A stretch of 64,000 nucleotides of DNA from Candidatus Eiseniibacteriota bacterium (GCA_044223005.1 JBGAML010000011.1:41169-105168); one strand, 5' to 3'. Counted from the first letter of the stretch, positions 49,449 to 60,057 are shown. A program made the numbers and translations. The notes: a model not told the origin generated them from the letters alone.

Positions 49449-50387
49449 GTGCGCATCCTGGTGACCGGCGGTGCGGGATTCATCGGTTCGAACGTCGTCG
49501 ACCGTTTCGTGGCGCTGGGCCACGAGGTCGCCGTGTTCGACAACCTCTCGTCGGGCTTCCGCGAGTTCGTGAACCCGAAGGCCAAGTTCTACGAAGGCGA
49601 CCTCGCCGACGCCGGAGCGGTCGAGCGCAGCGTCGCCGACTTCCGCCCCGACATCGTGGACCACCACGCCGCGCAGATCGACGTGCGCAAGTCCGTCGCC
49701 GATCCCGCGTTCGACGCCATGGTCAACGTCGTCGGCTCGATCGGCCTGCTGCAGGCCTGCCAGCGCCACGGCGTGCGCAAGGTCGTCTACGCGTCCACCG
49801 GCGGCGCGCTCTACGGCGAAGGCCGCTTCCTGCCCGCGACCGAGGACCACCCGGTGAACCCGGAGGCCCCGTACGGCGCGAGCAAGCACACGGTGGAGCA
49901 CTACCTCTACATCTGGAAGCTGCTCCACGGTCTCGACTACACCGTGCTGCGCTACCCCAACGTCTACGGCCCGCGCCAGAACCCGCACGGCGAGGCCGGC
50001 GTGAACGCGATCTTCATCGGCCTCATGCTCGAGGGGAAGCGCCCGCGCATCTTCGGCGACGGCAACGCCGTCCGCGACTACCTCTACGTGGACGACGTCG
50101 TCGAGGGCAACGTGCTCGCGCTCGAGAAGGGCAGCGGCGAGATGGTGAACCTCGGCACCGGCGTGGGCACGAGCGTCAACGACATCGTGCGCGAGTTGCA
50201 GAAGATCACGGGCTTCACGGAAGGCGCGATCCACGACGCCGCCCGCCCCGGCGAGGTGCAGAAGATCTACCTCGACGCGACGCGCGCGAAGCAGGTCCTC
50301 GGCTGGGAGCCGAAGATCTCGTTCGCCGAAGGCCTGCGCCGCACGGTGGACTGGTCGCGACACAACAAGCTGCCCGAGAAGCACTGA
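49449..50387 (+). CDS. NAD-dependent epimerase/dehydratase (GalE-like)
   Basis: VTGGAGFIGS, HAAQIDVRKS, YGASK, LRYPNVYGPRQ, RDYLYV. Confidence 0.93.
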   Translation: MRILVTGGAGFIGSNVVDRFVALGHEVAVFDNLSSGFREFVNPKAKFYEGDLADAGAVERSVADFRPDIVDHHAAQIDVRKSVADPAFDAMVNVVGSIGLLQACQRHGVRKVVYASTGGALYGEGRFLPATEDHPVNPEAPYGASKHTVEHYLYIWKLLHGLDYTVLRYPNVYGPRQNPHGEAGVNAIFIGLMLEGKRPRIFGDGNAVRDYLYVDDVVEGNVLALEKGSGEMVNLGTGVGTSVNDIVRELQKITGFTEGAIHDAARPGEVQKIYLDATRAKQVLGWEPKISFAEGLRRTVDWSRHNKLPEKH

Positions 50388-50400
50388 GCTGTTGCAACCG

Positions 50401-50435
50401 ACGGCGCCCGGGCTCCCTGCGAGCCCGGGCGCCGT
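50401..50435 (+). terminator. Hairpin after the epimerase gene
   Basis: ACGGCGCCCGGGCTC-CCTGC-GAGCCCGGGCGCCGT perfect 15-bp stem. Confidence 0.65.
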
Positions 50436-50463
50436 TCGCGTTCCGGCCAGCCGCCGCGCTAGC

Positions 50464-50892
50464 ATGGGTCTCATGAGCACGCCCGAACGCTTCCGGCTCG
50501 AAATCGTCGTGCAGCCGGAGGACATCGACGAGCAGGGGCACGTGAACAACGTGGTGTTCCTGCGCTACGTGCAGGACGTGGCGACCGCGCACTGGAAGAC
50601 GCGCGCGCGGCCCGAGGACCAGGCGGCGCTCGTGTGGGTCGTCGTGCGGCACGAGATCGAGTACAAGCGCCAGGCGTTCCTGGGCGACACGCTGGTCGCC
50701 GAGACCTGGGTCGGGCCGGCCTCGCGCCGCACGTTCGAGCGCAACACGCGCATCACGCAGGCCGCGGATGGCAAGCTCTGCGTCGAAGCCCGCACCCTGT
50801 GGTGCCCGCTCGATGCGACGACGCTGCGCCCCACCGAACCGAGCGCCGAGGTGCGCGAGCGCTTCGCGGTGCCGGGGATGTTGGAGCGATAG
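50464..50892 (+). CDS. Acyl-CoA thioesterase (hotdog, YbgC/4HBT family)
   Basis: DIDEQGHVNNVVFLRY, WVVVRHEIEYK, TWV. Confidence 0.9.
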   Translation: MGLMSTPERFRLEIVVQPEDIDEQGHVNNVVFLRYVQDVATAHWKTRARPEDQAALVWVVVRHEIEYKRQAFLGDTLVAETWVGPASRRTFERNTRITQAADGKLCVEARTLWCPLDATTLRPTEPSAEVRERFAVPGMLER

Positions 50893-50906
50893 AAGGCGGT
50901 GCGAGT

Positions 50907-51662
50907 ATGGCTGCGCGGGAGCCGAGGAGATCGTCGTACACGAGAGGTCAGACGAGACCGGGCATCGTCCTATGGGGAGCCGTGCTCGCTCTGTGCGCCG
51001 CGACGACCCCAGCCTGCGCCTGCGAACCCATCTTGCCGTTCATGCAGCTCAGTTTCCCGGCGGTCGGATTTACCGGGTCGGGCGCCGCGCTCGCCGTTGT
51101 CGTCGCGGCCAAGTCGATTCTCTTCATCTTCTTCTGTCGCGGCCTGACAGCGCGTCGGGCCGCGGCATTCATGTTCCTGGGGAACGTCCTGACCAGCGTG
51201 GTTGGAGGCGTGGCCGCGATCATGATCGGCAACACGAGCCTCTGGCTTCTCGGCATTCCGCTCGTGTTCCTGCTGAGCTGGCTGCCGTCCAAGCGACTTT
51301 CAGCCGAACTGGGTGCGAGGTGGGGACGTCGTTGGCCGCGTGGGCTCGTTGCTGCGGTGATGACGGGTCTCCTGGTCGCGAGTTGCGCGCTTTTCGCGAT
51401 GAGCGGAGCAGCGGCAGAGGCCGGAAACAGCGCGGCCTACTGGGTGATCAAGCTGGCCGCCATCTACGCGGGTGTCATTGCGAGCCTCGCACTGACGACG
51501 GTTTGGGAAGAGTGGGCGATCTGGAGACTCGCGGGCTCCATTCCGGGCGCCGGCTACTTTCCTGCGGTCACGCGAACGAACCTCTACGTTCTGCTGGCGC
51601 TGGCGGCGTTCGGCGCGGTCACCATGCTGCCTCAAGCGCTCAAGGACATTGCCTTCTGGTGA
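50907..51662 (+). CDS. Hypothetical membrane protein
   Basis: About 7 hydrophobic segments; codon usage less GC-biased than the flanks. Confidence 0.6.
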   Translation: MAAREPRRSSYTRGQTRPGIVLWGAVLALCAATTPACACEPILPFMQLSFPAVGFTGSGAALAVVVAAKSILFIFFCRGLTARRAAAFMFLGNVLTSVVGGVAAIMIGNTSLWLLGIPLVFLLSWLPSKRLSAELGARWGRRWPRGLVAAVMTGLLVASCALFAMSGAAAEAGNSAAYWVIKLAAIYAGVIASLALTTVWEEWAIWRLAGSIPGAGYFPAVTRTNLYVLLALAAFGAVTMLPQALKDIAFW

Positions 51663-51848
51663 GCCGATCTTGATGGCCGCCTGAATCCCATCGACGGCCG
51701 GCTGATCGCGGTCACGCAGCACGCGAGCTGAGCGATTCCCCTGTTCGGGCTCGCGCGGCCGGCTCGAACGCCAACGTGTCAGATGTCAAATTCACTTGCC
51801 CCGGGGCAAGTTGTCCTGCCCTCTGCCGGACATTCCGCGAGCGGCCAA

Positions 51849-51915
51849 CGCAATCGGGCGGCGCCGACATCGGCGGCGCCCGTTCGCGTTCGCGCGAGCC
51901 CGGCTACCAGATCCG
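51849..51915. repeat. Degenerate copy of the M13 peptidase 3' end plus its terminator
   Basis: Matches 52722-52786 (GGGCGGCGCCG.CATCGGCG.CGCCCGTTCGCGT...ACCAGATCCG); reads RIW-stop on the minus strand. Confidence 0.7.
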
Positions 51916-51980
51916 TGGAGTACTCCGCGATCCTGAGGTCACGAATTGTGGCAGGATACCCGGTCCACGGAGGATCCAGC

Positions 51981-52112
51981 ATGCGGAAGAGCCGGTTCTC
52001 GGACAAGCAGATCGTGGCCATCGTGCGCGATCGCGAGCGCGTGACGGTCGAGCAGTGCGCGAAGAAGCATGGGGTCACGCCGACGACTGTGTTCCGCGTT
52101 GGGGGAGCTTGA
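51981..52112 (+). pseudogene. IS3-family transposase OrfA N-terminal remnant
   Basis: RBS GGAGGA then MRKSRFSDKQIVAIVRD...AKKHGVTPTTVF, truncated after 43 aa. Confidence 0.7.
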
Positions 52113-52628
52113 ATGCGTGCAATGGAAAGTGCTGTCCTTGTGCTGTTGGCGTGTTCGCCTGCTGGCAACGCAAGTGTGCGCGATACCTGTGTCGTGGGAG
52201 TGACTGCTACGAATGCCGCGGCGGTACAACTCGTGGACGATAGGGGGCGCAAGTGTCCATGTGACACCTTGGGTGTGCAAATGATGCCGGGATGCACGTT
52301 CGGGCCATACACGGTGCCAGGATTGGGAACCATCCGCCCAGGGCAGGGGGAAGGAGATGGCAGGGCGCTGATAACGGTCAAGGTGGTGAAGGGGGATCGC
52401 TTTGAAGTGCGAATGCGATCCGGGGAGAGCCCGGTATTTCTGAACGTGCGAACTGGTATCACGATGATGGAGGTGGACTCTGTCAATCTGATGGGCGAGC
52501 CCGCAAGCCCCGGTGAATGGTGGCGCTGGAAGATCAGGTGCGCCGATGTCCGGGCGAATGGGGAGGGAGTCCTCGAAATTGCTCCCGCAGATCGACGAAC
52601 GCGTCGGGCGTTCCGGATTCGGCAGTAG
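52113..52628 (+). CDS. Hypothetical protein in low-GC patch
   Basis: 171-aa ORF with atypical codon usage and a hydrophobic N-terminus; no family recognised. Confidence 0.4.
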   Translation: MRAMESAVLVLLACSPAGNASVRDTCVVGVTATNAAAVQLVDDRGRKCPCDTLGVQMMPGCTFGPYTVPGLGTIRPGQGEGDGRALITVKVVKGDRFEVRMRSGESPVFLNVRTGITMMEVDSVNLMGEPASPGEWWRWKIRCADVRANGEGVLEIAPADRRTRRAFRIRQ

Positions 52629-52724
52629 CCGGAGACTGACTGAGGGTGAGACGCGATGTCTCCGCGGTGCGAAATCTCCGGACAAATCGGGCTGGAGCGA
52701 GTGAAGGTGCCCACGGCGCTCCGC

Positions 52725-52760
52725 AAACGGGCGGCGCCGTCATCGGCGCCGCCCGTTCGC
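52725..52760 (-). terminator. Terminator of the M13 peptidase genes
   Basis: AACGGGCGGCGCCG-TCAT-CGGCGCCGCCCGTT hairpin just past the stop codon. Confidence 0.7.
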
Positions 52761-52774
52761 GTCTCAGCGCGTGA

Positions 52775-54787
52775 TCACCAGATCCGCGCGCGCAGCTCGC
52801 TCTTGCGGACCATCGGATCGCCGTCCTTGCAGCCGAAGGCCTTCGCGAACTCCTCGAGGTTGGAGAACGGTCCGTTCACGCGCCAGACCGACGGCGAGTG
52901 CGGATCGGTCTCGACCTGCGAACGCAGGTCCTCGGGGGTCTCGAGCGTGCGCCAGACGCGCGCCCATGCGAGGAAGAACCGCTGCTCGGGCGTGAAGCCG
53001 TCGCGCAGCACGGGCTTCTGGCCGGCCGTGGCCTTCTGGAACGCGGCGTACGCCACGGCGAGGCCGCCCAGGTCGGCGATGTTCTCGCCCAGCGTGACCT
53101 TGCCGTTCAGGTGCACGGAGTCGAGCACGGTGTACGCCGAGAACTGCGCGGCCACCTTGTCGGCGCGTTCCTTGTAGCGGCTCGCGTCCTCGGGCGTCCA
53201 CCAGTCGCGCAGGTTGCCGTCGGCGTCGAACTGCCGTCCGCGATCGTCGAAACCGTGCGTCATCTCGTGCCCGATCACGGCGCCGATCGCGCCGTAGTTC
53301 AGCGCGTCGTCCCACTTCGGGTCGAAGAAGGGCGGCTGCAGGATCCCGGCGGGGAAGTTGATGCTGTTGACCGACGACGAATAGAAGGCGTTCACCGTCG
53401 GCGCGCTCATGGACCACTCGCCGCGGTCGACCGGGCCGCCGATCCGCCCGATGTTGCGCGCGATCTGCCAGCGCACGGCGGCGGAGCGGTTCGCGAACCA
53501 CGACTCGCGCGAGATGCGCACGTTGGCGTAGTCGCGCCAGGTGTTCGGGTAGCCGATCTTCTCCTCGAACGCCTCGAGCTTGCCGCGCGCGGCGAGGCGG
53601 GTCGCGTCGCTCATCCAGTCGAGCGCGGCGATGCGATCGCCCAGCGACGATTCCAGGTTGCGCACCAGCGCGAGCGCGCGCTCGCGCGCCTGCGGCGGGA
53701 ACTGCTCCTTCACGTACGCGCGCCCGAGCAGGTCGCCCAGGTCGCCGTCGGTGGCGGCGATGCAGCGCTTCCAGCGCGGGAGCAGCTCGGTGGCGCCGGT
53801 CAGCCGCTTGCGCCACGCGAAGTCCTCGTCGACGAACGCCTGCGACAGCGTGGGCGAGGCCTCGCGCACGACGTTCCAGCGCAGGTAGGCCTTCCAGTCG
53901 TCGATCGGCGTGCCCGTCACGCGCGCCGCGAAGCCGCGGGCGAAGCCGGGCTGCATGACGTTGACCGAATCCGGCACGCGCATGCCGCGGCGGCCGAAGT
54001 AGGCGGCCCAGTCGAAGCCGGGCGTCCAGAGCTTCAGCGAATCGAGCGGCACGAAGTGGTAGACCGCGCGCGGATCGCGGCGCTGCTCGCGCGTCATCGA
54101 AGCCTCGGCGAGCGCGGTCTCCAACGCCATGATGCGCGCGGCCTCGCCGTCCGGATCTTTGCGGCCCAGGAGCTTCAGCACGCGCCCCACGTGCGCGACG
54201 TATTCCGTGCGCAGCGCGGCCGAGGCCGAGTCCGGCTTGAAGTAGTAGTCGCGCTCGGGCATGCCGAGGCCGCCCTGGCCGGTGACGGCGATCGTCAGCC
54301 GGCTGCGCTTGGCGTCCGGCGCGCCGCCGAACAGGAAGCCCGCCCGGATCCCGCCCGCGTGCAGCGAGCCGAACTCGCCGGCCAGGTCCGAGGCGTTCGC
54401 GATCGCGTCGATCGCGTCCAGGTCCGCCTGGAGCGGCGCGATCCCGGCGCGGTCCGCGGCCACGGAGTCCATGCACGCGGCGAAGTAGTCGCCGATGCGG
54501 CGCGTGTTGCTGTCGGCCTTCGCGCCCGCGGCCGCCGCGCGCTCGAGGATGCCGCGCAGCACCTGCTCGTTGCGGTCGGCGAGTTCGTCGAAGCCGCCGT
54601 AGCTGCCGTAACCGGCGGGCATCTTCGTGTTCGCGAGCCAGTGGCCCTCGGCGTACTGGTAGAAATCGCGGCACGGCGAACATGTCGTGTCCATGTCGGC
54701 GCGGTTCCAGTACGACGGCGTCGCGGCGAACGACGGCGCCACCGCCGCGAGCAGCAGGCAGGTGGTCCAGCGGAGGAAACGCGGCAT
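52775..54787 (-). CDS. M13 (neprilysin/PepO) zinc metallopeptidase, secreted
   Basis: Signal peptide, PCRDFYQY, VNAFY, GHEMTHGFDD, GENIAD, DPHSP, RARIW; RBS GGAAGGA. Confidence 0.95.
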   Translation of the reverse strand: MPRFLRWTTCLLLAAVAPSFAATPSYWNRADMDTTCSPCRDFYQYAEGHWLANTKMPAGYGSYGGFDELADRNEQVLRGILERAAAAGAKADSNTRRIGDYFAACMDSVAADRAGIAPLQADLDAIDAIANASDLAGEFGSLHAGGIRAGFLFGGAPDAKRSRLTIAVTGQGGLGMPERDYYFKPDSASAALRTEYVAHVGRVLKLLGRKDPDGEAARIMALETALAEASMTREQRRDPRAVYHFVPLDSLKLWTPGFDWAAYFGRRGMRVPDSVNVMQPGFARGFAARVTGTPIDDWKAYLRWNVVREASPTLSQAFVDEDFAWRKRLTGATELLPRWKRCIAATDGDLGDLLGRAYVKEQFPPQARERALALVRNLESSLGDRIAALDWMSDATRLAARGKLEAFEEKIGYPNTWRDYANVRISRESWFANRSAAVRWQIARNIGRIGGPVDRGEWSMSAPTVNAFYSSSVNSINFPAGILQPPFFDPKWDDALNYGAIGAVIGHEMTHGFDDRGRQFDADGNLRDWWTPEDASRYKERADKVAAQFSAYTVLDSVHLNGKVTLGENIADLGGLAVAYAAFQKATAGQKPVLRDGFTPEQRFFLAWARVWRTLETPEDLRSQVETDPHSPSVWRVNGPFSNLEEFAKAFGCKDGDPMVRKSELRARIW

Positions 54788-54812
54788 CTCGGGGTCCTTC
54801 CGGAAGCCGGAC

Positions 54813-54831
54813 GGGGGGGGGGGGGGGGGGG
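54813..54831. other. G19 homopolymer, probable sequencing artefact
   Basis: Occupies the codons expected for RARIW-stop. Confidence 0.75.
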
Positions 54832-56841
54832 CGGCCCGGCGGTGTTCACCATGGGATCGCCGTCCTTGCAGCCGAACGCCTTCGCGAACTCGTCCAGGTT
54901 CGACAGCGGCCCGTTGACGCGCCAGTGCGCGGGGGAGTGCGGGTCGGTGTTGACCTGCGTCCGCAGCGCTTCGGGCCGCTGCAGCCGGCGCCAGATCTGC
55001 GCGTACGAGAGGAAGAAGCGCTGCTCGGGCGTGAAGCCATCGATCTTCGGGCGCGGCTTGCCGTCGAGCGCCTTCTGCATCGCCGCGTACGCCACCGCGA
55101 GACCGCCCAGGTCGGCGATGTTCTCGCCCAGCGTGAGCCGGCCGTTCAGGTGCAGCGAGTCGAGCACGGTGTAGCCCGAGAACTGCTCGGCGACCTTGGA
55201 CGCGCGCTCCTTGTACCGCGTCGCGTCGTCGGCCGCCCACCAGTCGCGCAGGTTGCCGCGCGGATCGAACTGGCGGCCCTGGTCGTCGAACCCGTGCGTC
55301 ATCTCGTGCCCGATCACGGCGCCGATGCCGCCGTAGTTCGCGGCGTCGTCCCACGACGGATCGAAGAACGGCGGCTGCAGGATGCCGGCGGGGAAGTTGA
55401 TGCTGTTCAAGTTCGGGCTGTAGAACGCGTTCACCGTCGGCGGCGTCATCATCCATTCACCGCGCTCGGTGGGCTTGCCGATCTTGTTGAACTGGCGCGC
55501 GACCTCGAACTGGCGCACCGCCGCGCGGTTCGCGAAGAACGGCTGGCGCTGGACCTGGAGCGCCGTGTAGTCGCGCCACTTGTCCGGGTAGCCGATCTTG
55601 TTCGAGAACGCCTGCAGCTTGACCTTCGCCGCCTGCCGGGTCTCGGGGCTCATCCACTCCAGCGTCGTGAGCTTGTCGTCGAGCGCCGCCTCGAGGTTGT
55701 GCACGAGCTGCAGCGCGCGCTCCTTGGCCGCGGGCGAGAAGTGGAGCCGCACGTACTCGGCGCCGAGCAGGTCGCCGAGGCCCATGTCGGCCGCGCGCAG
55801 GCAGCGCTTCCAGCGGGGCTGCATCTCGGTCACGCCCGTCATCACGCGCTGGAACCGGAAGTCCTCGTCGACGAACGCGGCGTTGAGCGTCGGCGCGGCG
55901 TCCTCGACCACGCGCCAGCGCAGGTACGCCTGCCACGCCGGCAGCGGCGTCGCGGCGACGATCGAGTCGAGCCCGGTGAAAAACGTCACCTGCGCGACGT
56001 TGAGCGAGTCGAACTTCGGGCCGCCGCGCTTGGCGAGGTAGGTGCCCCAGTCGTAGGCCGGGGCCAGCTTCGCCAGCTCCGCGACGCTCATGAAGTGGTA
56101 GTTGGCGTTCGGGTCGCGGCGCTGGACGTTCGTGTACGACGTCTTCGCGAGCGCGGTCTCGATCCCGAGGATCTGGTCGGCGGCCGACTTCGCGTCCGCT
56201 TCGGCGACGCCGAGCAGCTGGAACGAGCGCACGATGTGGTCCACGTACGCCGCGCGCGTGGCGACCGCGGCCGAATCACGCTTCAGGTAGTACTCGCGGT
56301 CCGGCAGCCCGAGACCGCCCTGGCCGGCGCTGGCGATCATGCGGTCGCTGTTCTTCACGTCCGCCTGCGCGCCGAGCATGTAGAGAGCGCGCACGCCGTG
56401 CGCGTGCAGCCACGCGACCTGCTCGGCCAGTTCGCGCTTGTCCTTCATGGCGTCGATCGCCGAGAGCAGCGGCTGCAGCGGCTTCGTGCCCTCGCGCTCG
56501 GCCTCGGTCGAGTCCATGCAGCTGCCGTAGTAGGCCCCGAGCTTGAACGTGGGGCTGCCGGGCTTGGCGCTCTTGTCCGCGGCGGCCTTCTCGAGGATGT
56601 CGAAGAGCGCGGCCTGGTTGCGCTCGGCGAGTTCGCTGAAGCTGCCCCAGCCCGACTGCGTGCCGGGGATGGTGTGCGTGGCCTTCCAGCCGCCGCTGGC
56701 GTACTGGTCGAAGTCGCGGCAGGGGGCACACGTGGTGTCGAAGTTGGCCGGGTCGAATACGGCCTTGGCCGCAGGGGCGGCGACCGCCGAGCCGGCGAAC
56801 GCCAGCAGCGCGGCGGCGAGCATCAGGGGGCGAAAAGTCAT
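54814..56841 (-). CDS. M13 zinc metallopeptidase paralog; last about 8 codons obscured by poly-G
   Basis: Signal peptide, PCRDFDQY, VNAFY, GHEMTHGFDD, GENIAD, GCKDGDPMV. End inferred by alignment to the paralog. Confidence 0.9.
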
Positions 56842-57143
56842 CGGGTGAATCCCTCGATCCGAAGGAGAGGTCGACGACACGGCCGTGGGGAGGCCGACAG
56901 GGGACAGCCGGGCGCACGGTAGGGCAGCCGGGGACCGGCGCCGGGGGAAAGTGCACGAGCGTGCCGTCCCGGGCGCCGAATGCGCCACCGCCGCGCGGTG
57001 GCTCCGAGCCCTCCGGACGCAGTGGCCCGCAGCGGGGCATTGCCCGGCACGCCCGCGCCGCCTACCCTGATCGCTTCCCGCGCCGGCCCCCGCGGGGCCG
57101 CGCCGTGCCGGGGCCGCCCCAGGACTTCGGAGCGACTCCGCGT

Positions 57144-59933
57144 ATGCCGCGCCTCCATCCGCGCCTCGCGTTCGTGATCGTGCTCGCCGGGCTCGCCGTC
57201 GCCGTGCGCGCCGGCGGTTCCCCGCCGGCCTCGGGTGACCTCGTCGCCTGGCGCGCGGCCTTCTCGCGCGATTCGCTCGCCGTGACCGCCGCGTTCGACC
57301 GCGGGCAGCCCGATTCCGGCCTCGCGCTCGCCGCCACGTTCGGTGAGGCGTACGCGAAGGCGCCGTTCGCGGCGGTTCGCGCGCGCGGGCTCATGCTCCG
57401 GCCCGTCTCGCTGCTTCGGCTCGCGCGCGCCAAGGATGCGCTGCCGGGGATCCTGGAGGCCGAGCGCGTCGCCGAGGCGTCGGGCGACACCGCCGTGTGG
57501 ATGCTCGCGCTGCGATCCGAGGCGGTGGCGCGCAACTTCTTCGGCGATTTCGCCCGCGCCGCGAGGCTGGCGCAGCGATGGGACGCGCTGGCAAAGGCCT
57601 CGGGCAACGTCGAGTACCAGGGCTGGGCGGGCACGATGCGTGGCTGGTTCGCGTGGCACGCGGCCGATCTCGTCACCGCGCGCCGCGAGCTCGAGCACTC
57701 GCTCGCGCTGGTCGAGCAGGTGCCATGGTCGCTCAGCTACCCGTACACGCTCAACGTGCTCGCGAGCGTCATGAGCGCGCAGGGCGACTACACCGCGGCG
57801 CGGCCGCTCTACCAGCGCATCCTCGATCGCGGCCACCTGTGGAGCGACCCGCGCACGCGGCTCATGGCGCTCGAGAGCCTCGCGCGCGTCGACAGCCGGG
57901 TGGGCGATCCGACGAAGGCCCTCGCGAACTGGCGCGAGGCGATGGCGATCCGCGAAGCGCGCCAAGAGACCAGCGACTGGCTTGTCGATGCCGACAACGT
58001 GTGTTCGGAACTCATGGCCCTCGGCCGCAACGACGAGGCCGTCTCGCTCGCCGAGCGCGCGGTCGCCGCCGCCGAGCGCGAGAGCCTCGGGATGGAGATC
58101 AGCTGGCAGCGCGTGCAGCTCGGCAACGCCTGCCGCGCGCGCGGCCAGGAGGCGCGCGCCCGCGCACTCCTGCGGTCCGTACTCGCGACTCCGATCCCGG
58201 GAGACGAACAGCCGCGCGCCGAAGCCGCCGTGAGCCTGGTCGAGTCGCTCGCCGAGGGCGACAGTGTCGCCGCGGCGCTCGCGCTCGCCGAGGCCGAAGC
58301 CCCGAAGCCCGGTTCGGGGCTCGAGCAGGAGGTGATCGCGCGGCTCGCGATCGCGCGTGCCGATCTCCTGACGAGGCTCGGCCGGCCCGAGGAGGCGCTG
58401 GCCGCCGCCCGGCCCGTCGCGGAGGCGACCGAGGCGAGCGGCGATCTGGAGTGGGCCCTCGCCGCGTGGACGCAGGCCGTGCGCGCCGAACGGCGGCTCG
58501 CTCGCCCGGGGGACGTGGCGCGCGACCTCGAGCGGGCGACGGCGCTCTGGGAGCGGAGCCGCTCGCACGTCGCCGCGCCGGAGTTCCGCGAGGTGCGCGG
58601 CGAGCAGGCGCACGCGCTCATGCTCGAGGCGGTGGCCGAGGCGCTCGAACGCGCGCCCGGCGACGTCGCGTCGCCCTTCGCGATCGTGCAGCGGTTCAAG
58701 ACGCGCACGCTGCTCGAGCACGTGGCCGGACCGGCCGCGCTCGCGGGGCCGGCGCCGTCGTACCTCGACGCGCCCCTCGCGAGCCTCGCGACGTTCCAGT
58801 CGGCGACGCTCGCGCCGGACGAACTCTTCCTCGAATGCGCCTGCGGACCGGAGACGACGTTCGTGATCGCGGTGACGCGCGACACGTGCCGCGTGCTGGC
58901 GGCGCCGGGCGCGCGCTCACTCGAGCCCGCGCTGGCCGCGCTCGGCAGCCTGCACGCGCCGACGGAGTCGGCCGAGCGCACGGCGCGCGCGCTCGCGGGC
59001 GCGCGGCTGGGGAGCGCGCTGCTCGGCGACGTGGCCGACCTGCTCGCGAGCCATCCGGCGGTCGTCGTCGCCGCCGACGACGCCCTGCACTCTTCGCCGG
59101 TCGGGGAGTGGACGCTGCCCGGTGTCGCGGCGTCGCTCGGCGCGACTCACCGGATCGCGTACACGCCTTCGGCGTCGATGCTCGCGCTGCTGCGCGCCCG
59201 CCAGGCGCTCGCGCCGGGGCGCATGCTGGCGATCCTCGGCGCCACGCGCACCGGTGGCGCGACGCTGCGCGGCGCCCGACGCGAGGTGGGAGCGCTCGCC
59301 GGCCGCTATCGCGACATCGAGGAGTGGGACGCCGGCCGCGCCGGTGCTTCACCGCTCACCGTGGCGCGGCTCGCCGGCTACGCCGGGCTGCACTTCGCCG
59401 GGCACGCGATCGTGGATCCGCAGGTGCCGTGGCGCTCGGGGCTGCTGCTCGGCCGCGCCCACGACGGCAGCGATTCGCTGCTGACCGCGGACCGTATCGC
59501 GGCCGCGCGAATCCCCGCGAGGCTCGTCGTGCTCTCGAGTTGCGAGTCCGGAGCCGGCCGCTCGCGTGCCGGGGAAGGCGTGACCGGTCTCGCCACGGCG
59601 TTCCTCGCCGCCGGCGGATCGGCGGTGGTCGCGTCGCGCTGGCCCGTGGAGGACCGCGCCGCCGCGCAGCTCATGGATCGCTTCTACGCCCACCTCGCGA
59701 AGGGCGAGAGCGCGGATCGCGCCCTCGCGGGCGCGCAGGCGGAACTGCGTGCGGACCCCGCGACGGCCGACCCGTTCTACTGGTCGGGCTTCGTGGTCGT
59801 GGGCGACGGCCGCACGACTTGGCCCCTGGCGGAGCGTCCGGTGACGTCCCGGCGGCTCGCGGGCGGCGCCGCCGCGCTGATCGCCGTGGCCGCCGTCGCG
59901 CTCGCGAGCCGGCGCCGGCGCACCGGCCGCTGA
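57144..59933 (+). CDS. TPR-CHAT (caspase-like) protease with signal peptide and C-terminal TM
   Basis: Helical repeats, FKTRTLLE, ADDALH, YTPSAS, LHFAGHA, VVLSSCESG, SRWPVED, PFYWSGFVVVG, hydrophobic tail plus RRRR. Confidence 0.9.
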   Translation: MPRLHPRLAFVIVLAGLAVAVRAGGSPPASGDLVAWRAAFSRDSLAVTAAFDRGQPDSGLALAATFGEAYAKAPFAAVRARGLMLRPVSLLRLARAKDALPGILEAERVAEASGDTAVWMLALRSEAVARNFFGDFARAARLAQRWDALAKASGNVEYQGWAGTMRGWFAWHAADLVTARRELEHSLALVEQVPWSLSYPYTLNVLASVMSAQGDYTAARPLYQRILDRGHLWSDPRTRLMALESLARVDSRVGDPTKALANWREAMAIREARQETSDWLVDADNVCSELMALGRNDEAVSLAERAVAAAERESLGMEISWQRVQLGNACRARGQEARARALLRSVLATPIPGDEQPRAEAAVSLVESLAEGDSVAAALALAEAEAPKPGSGLEQEVIARLAIARADLLTRLGRPEEALAAARPVAEATEASGDLEWALAAWTQAVRAERRLARPGDVARDLERATALWERSRSHVAAPEFREVRGEQAHALMLEAVAEALERAPGDVASPFAIVQRFKTRTLLEHVAGPAALAGPAPSYLDAPLASLATFQSATLAPDELFLECACGPETTFVIAVTRDTCRVLAAPGARSLEPALAALGSLHAPTESAERTARALAGARLGSALLGDVADLLASHPAVVVAADDALHSSPVGEWTLPGVAASLGATHRIAYTPSASMLALLRARQALAPGRMLAILGATRTGGATLRGARREVGALAGRYRDIEEWDAGRAGASPLTVARLAGYAGLHFAGHAIVDPQVPWRSGLLLGRAHDGSDSLLTADRIAAARIPARLVVLSSCESGAGRSRAGEGVTGLATAFLAAGGSAVVASRWPVEDRAAAQLMDRFYAHLAKGESADRALAGAQAELRADPATADPFYWSGFVVVGDGRTTWPLAERPVTSRRLAGGAAALIAVAAVALASRRRRTGR

Positions 59934-60057
59934 CCTCCCGCGCCGCTCGGACGTGGATCGCGGGACGCAACCCCGCTAACCTGTCGCGGTTGCGGCGCGC
60001 ACCCCGAGGCGCCGGCGGGTCCTTGTGACGAATCGCAGCGCATCCGGGTCTCACCTC

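Noticed and set aside
54295..54813. C-terminal extension of the upstream M13 ORF, and N-terminal extension of the downstream one to 55456
   Set aside because: Produced by read-through across the poly-G run; each peptidase has its own signal peptide.
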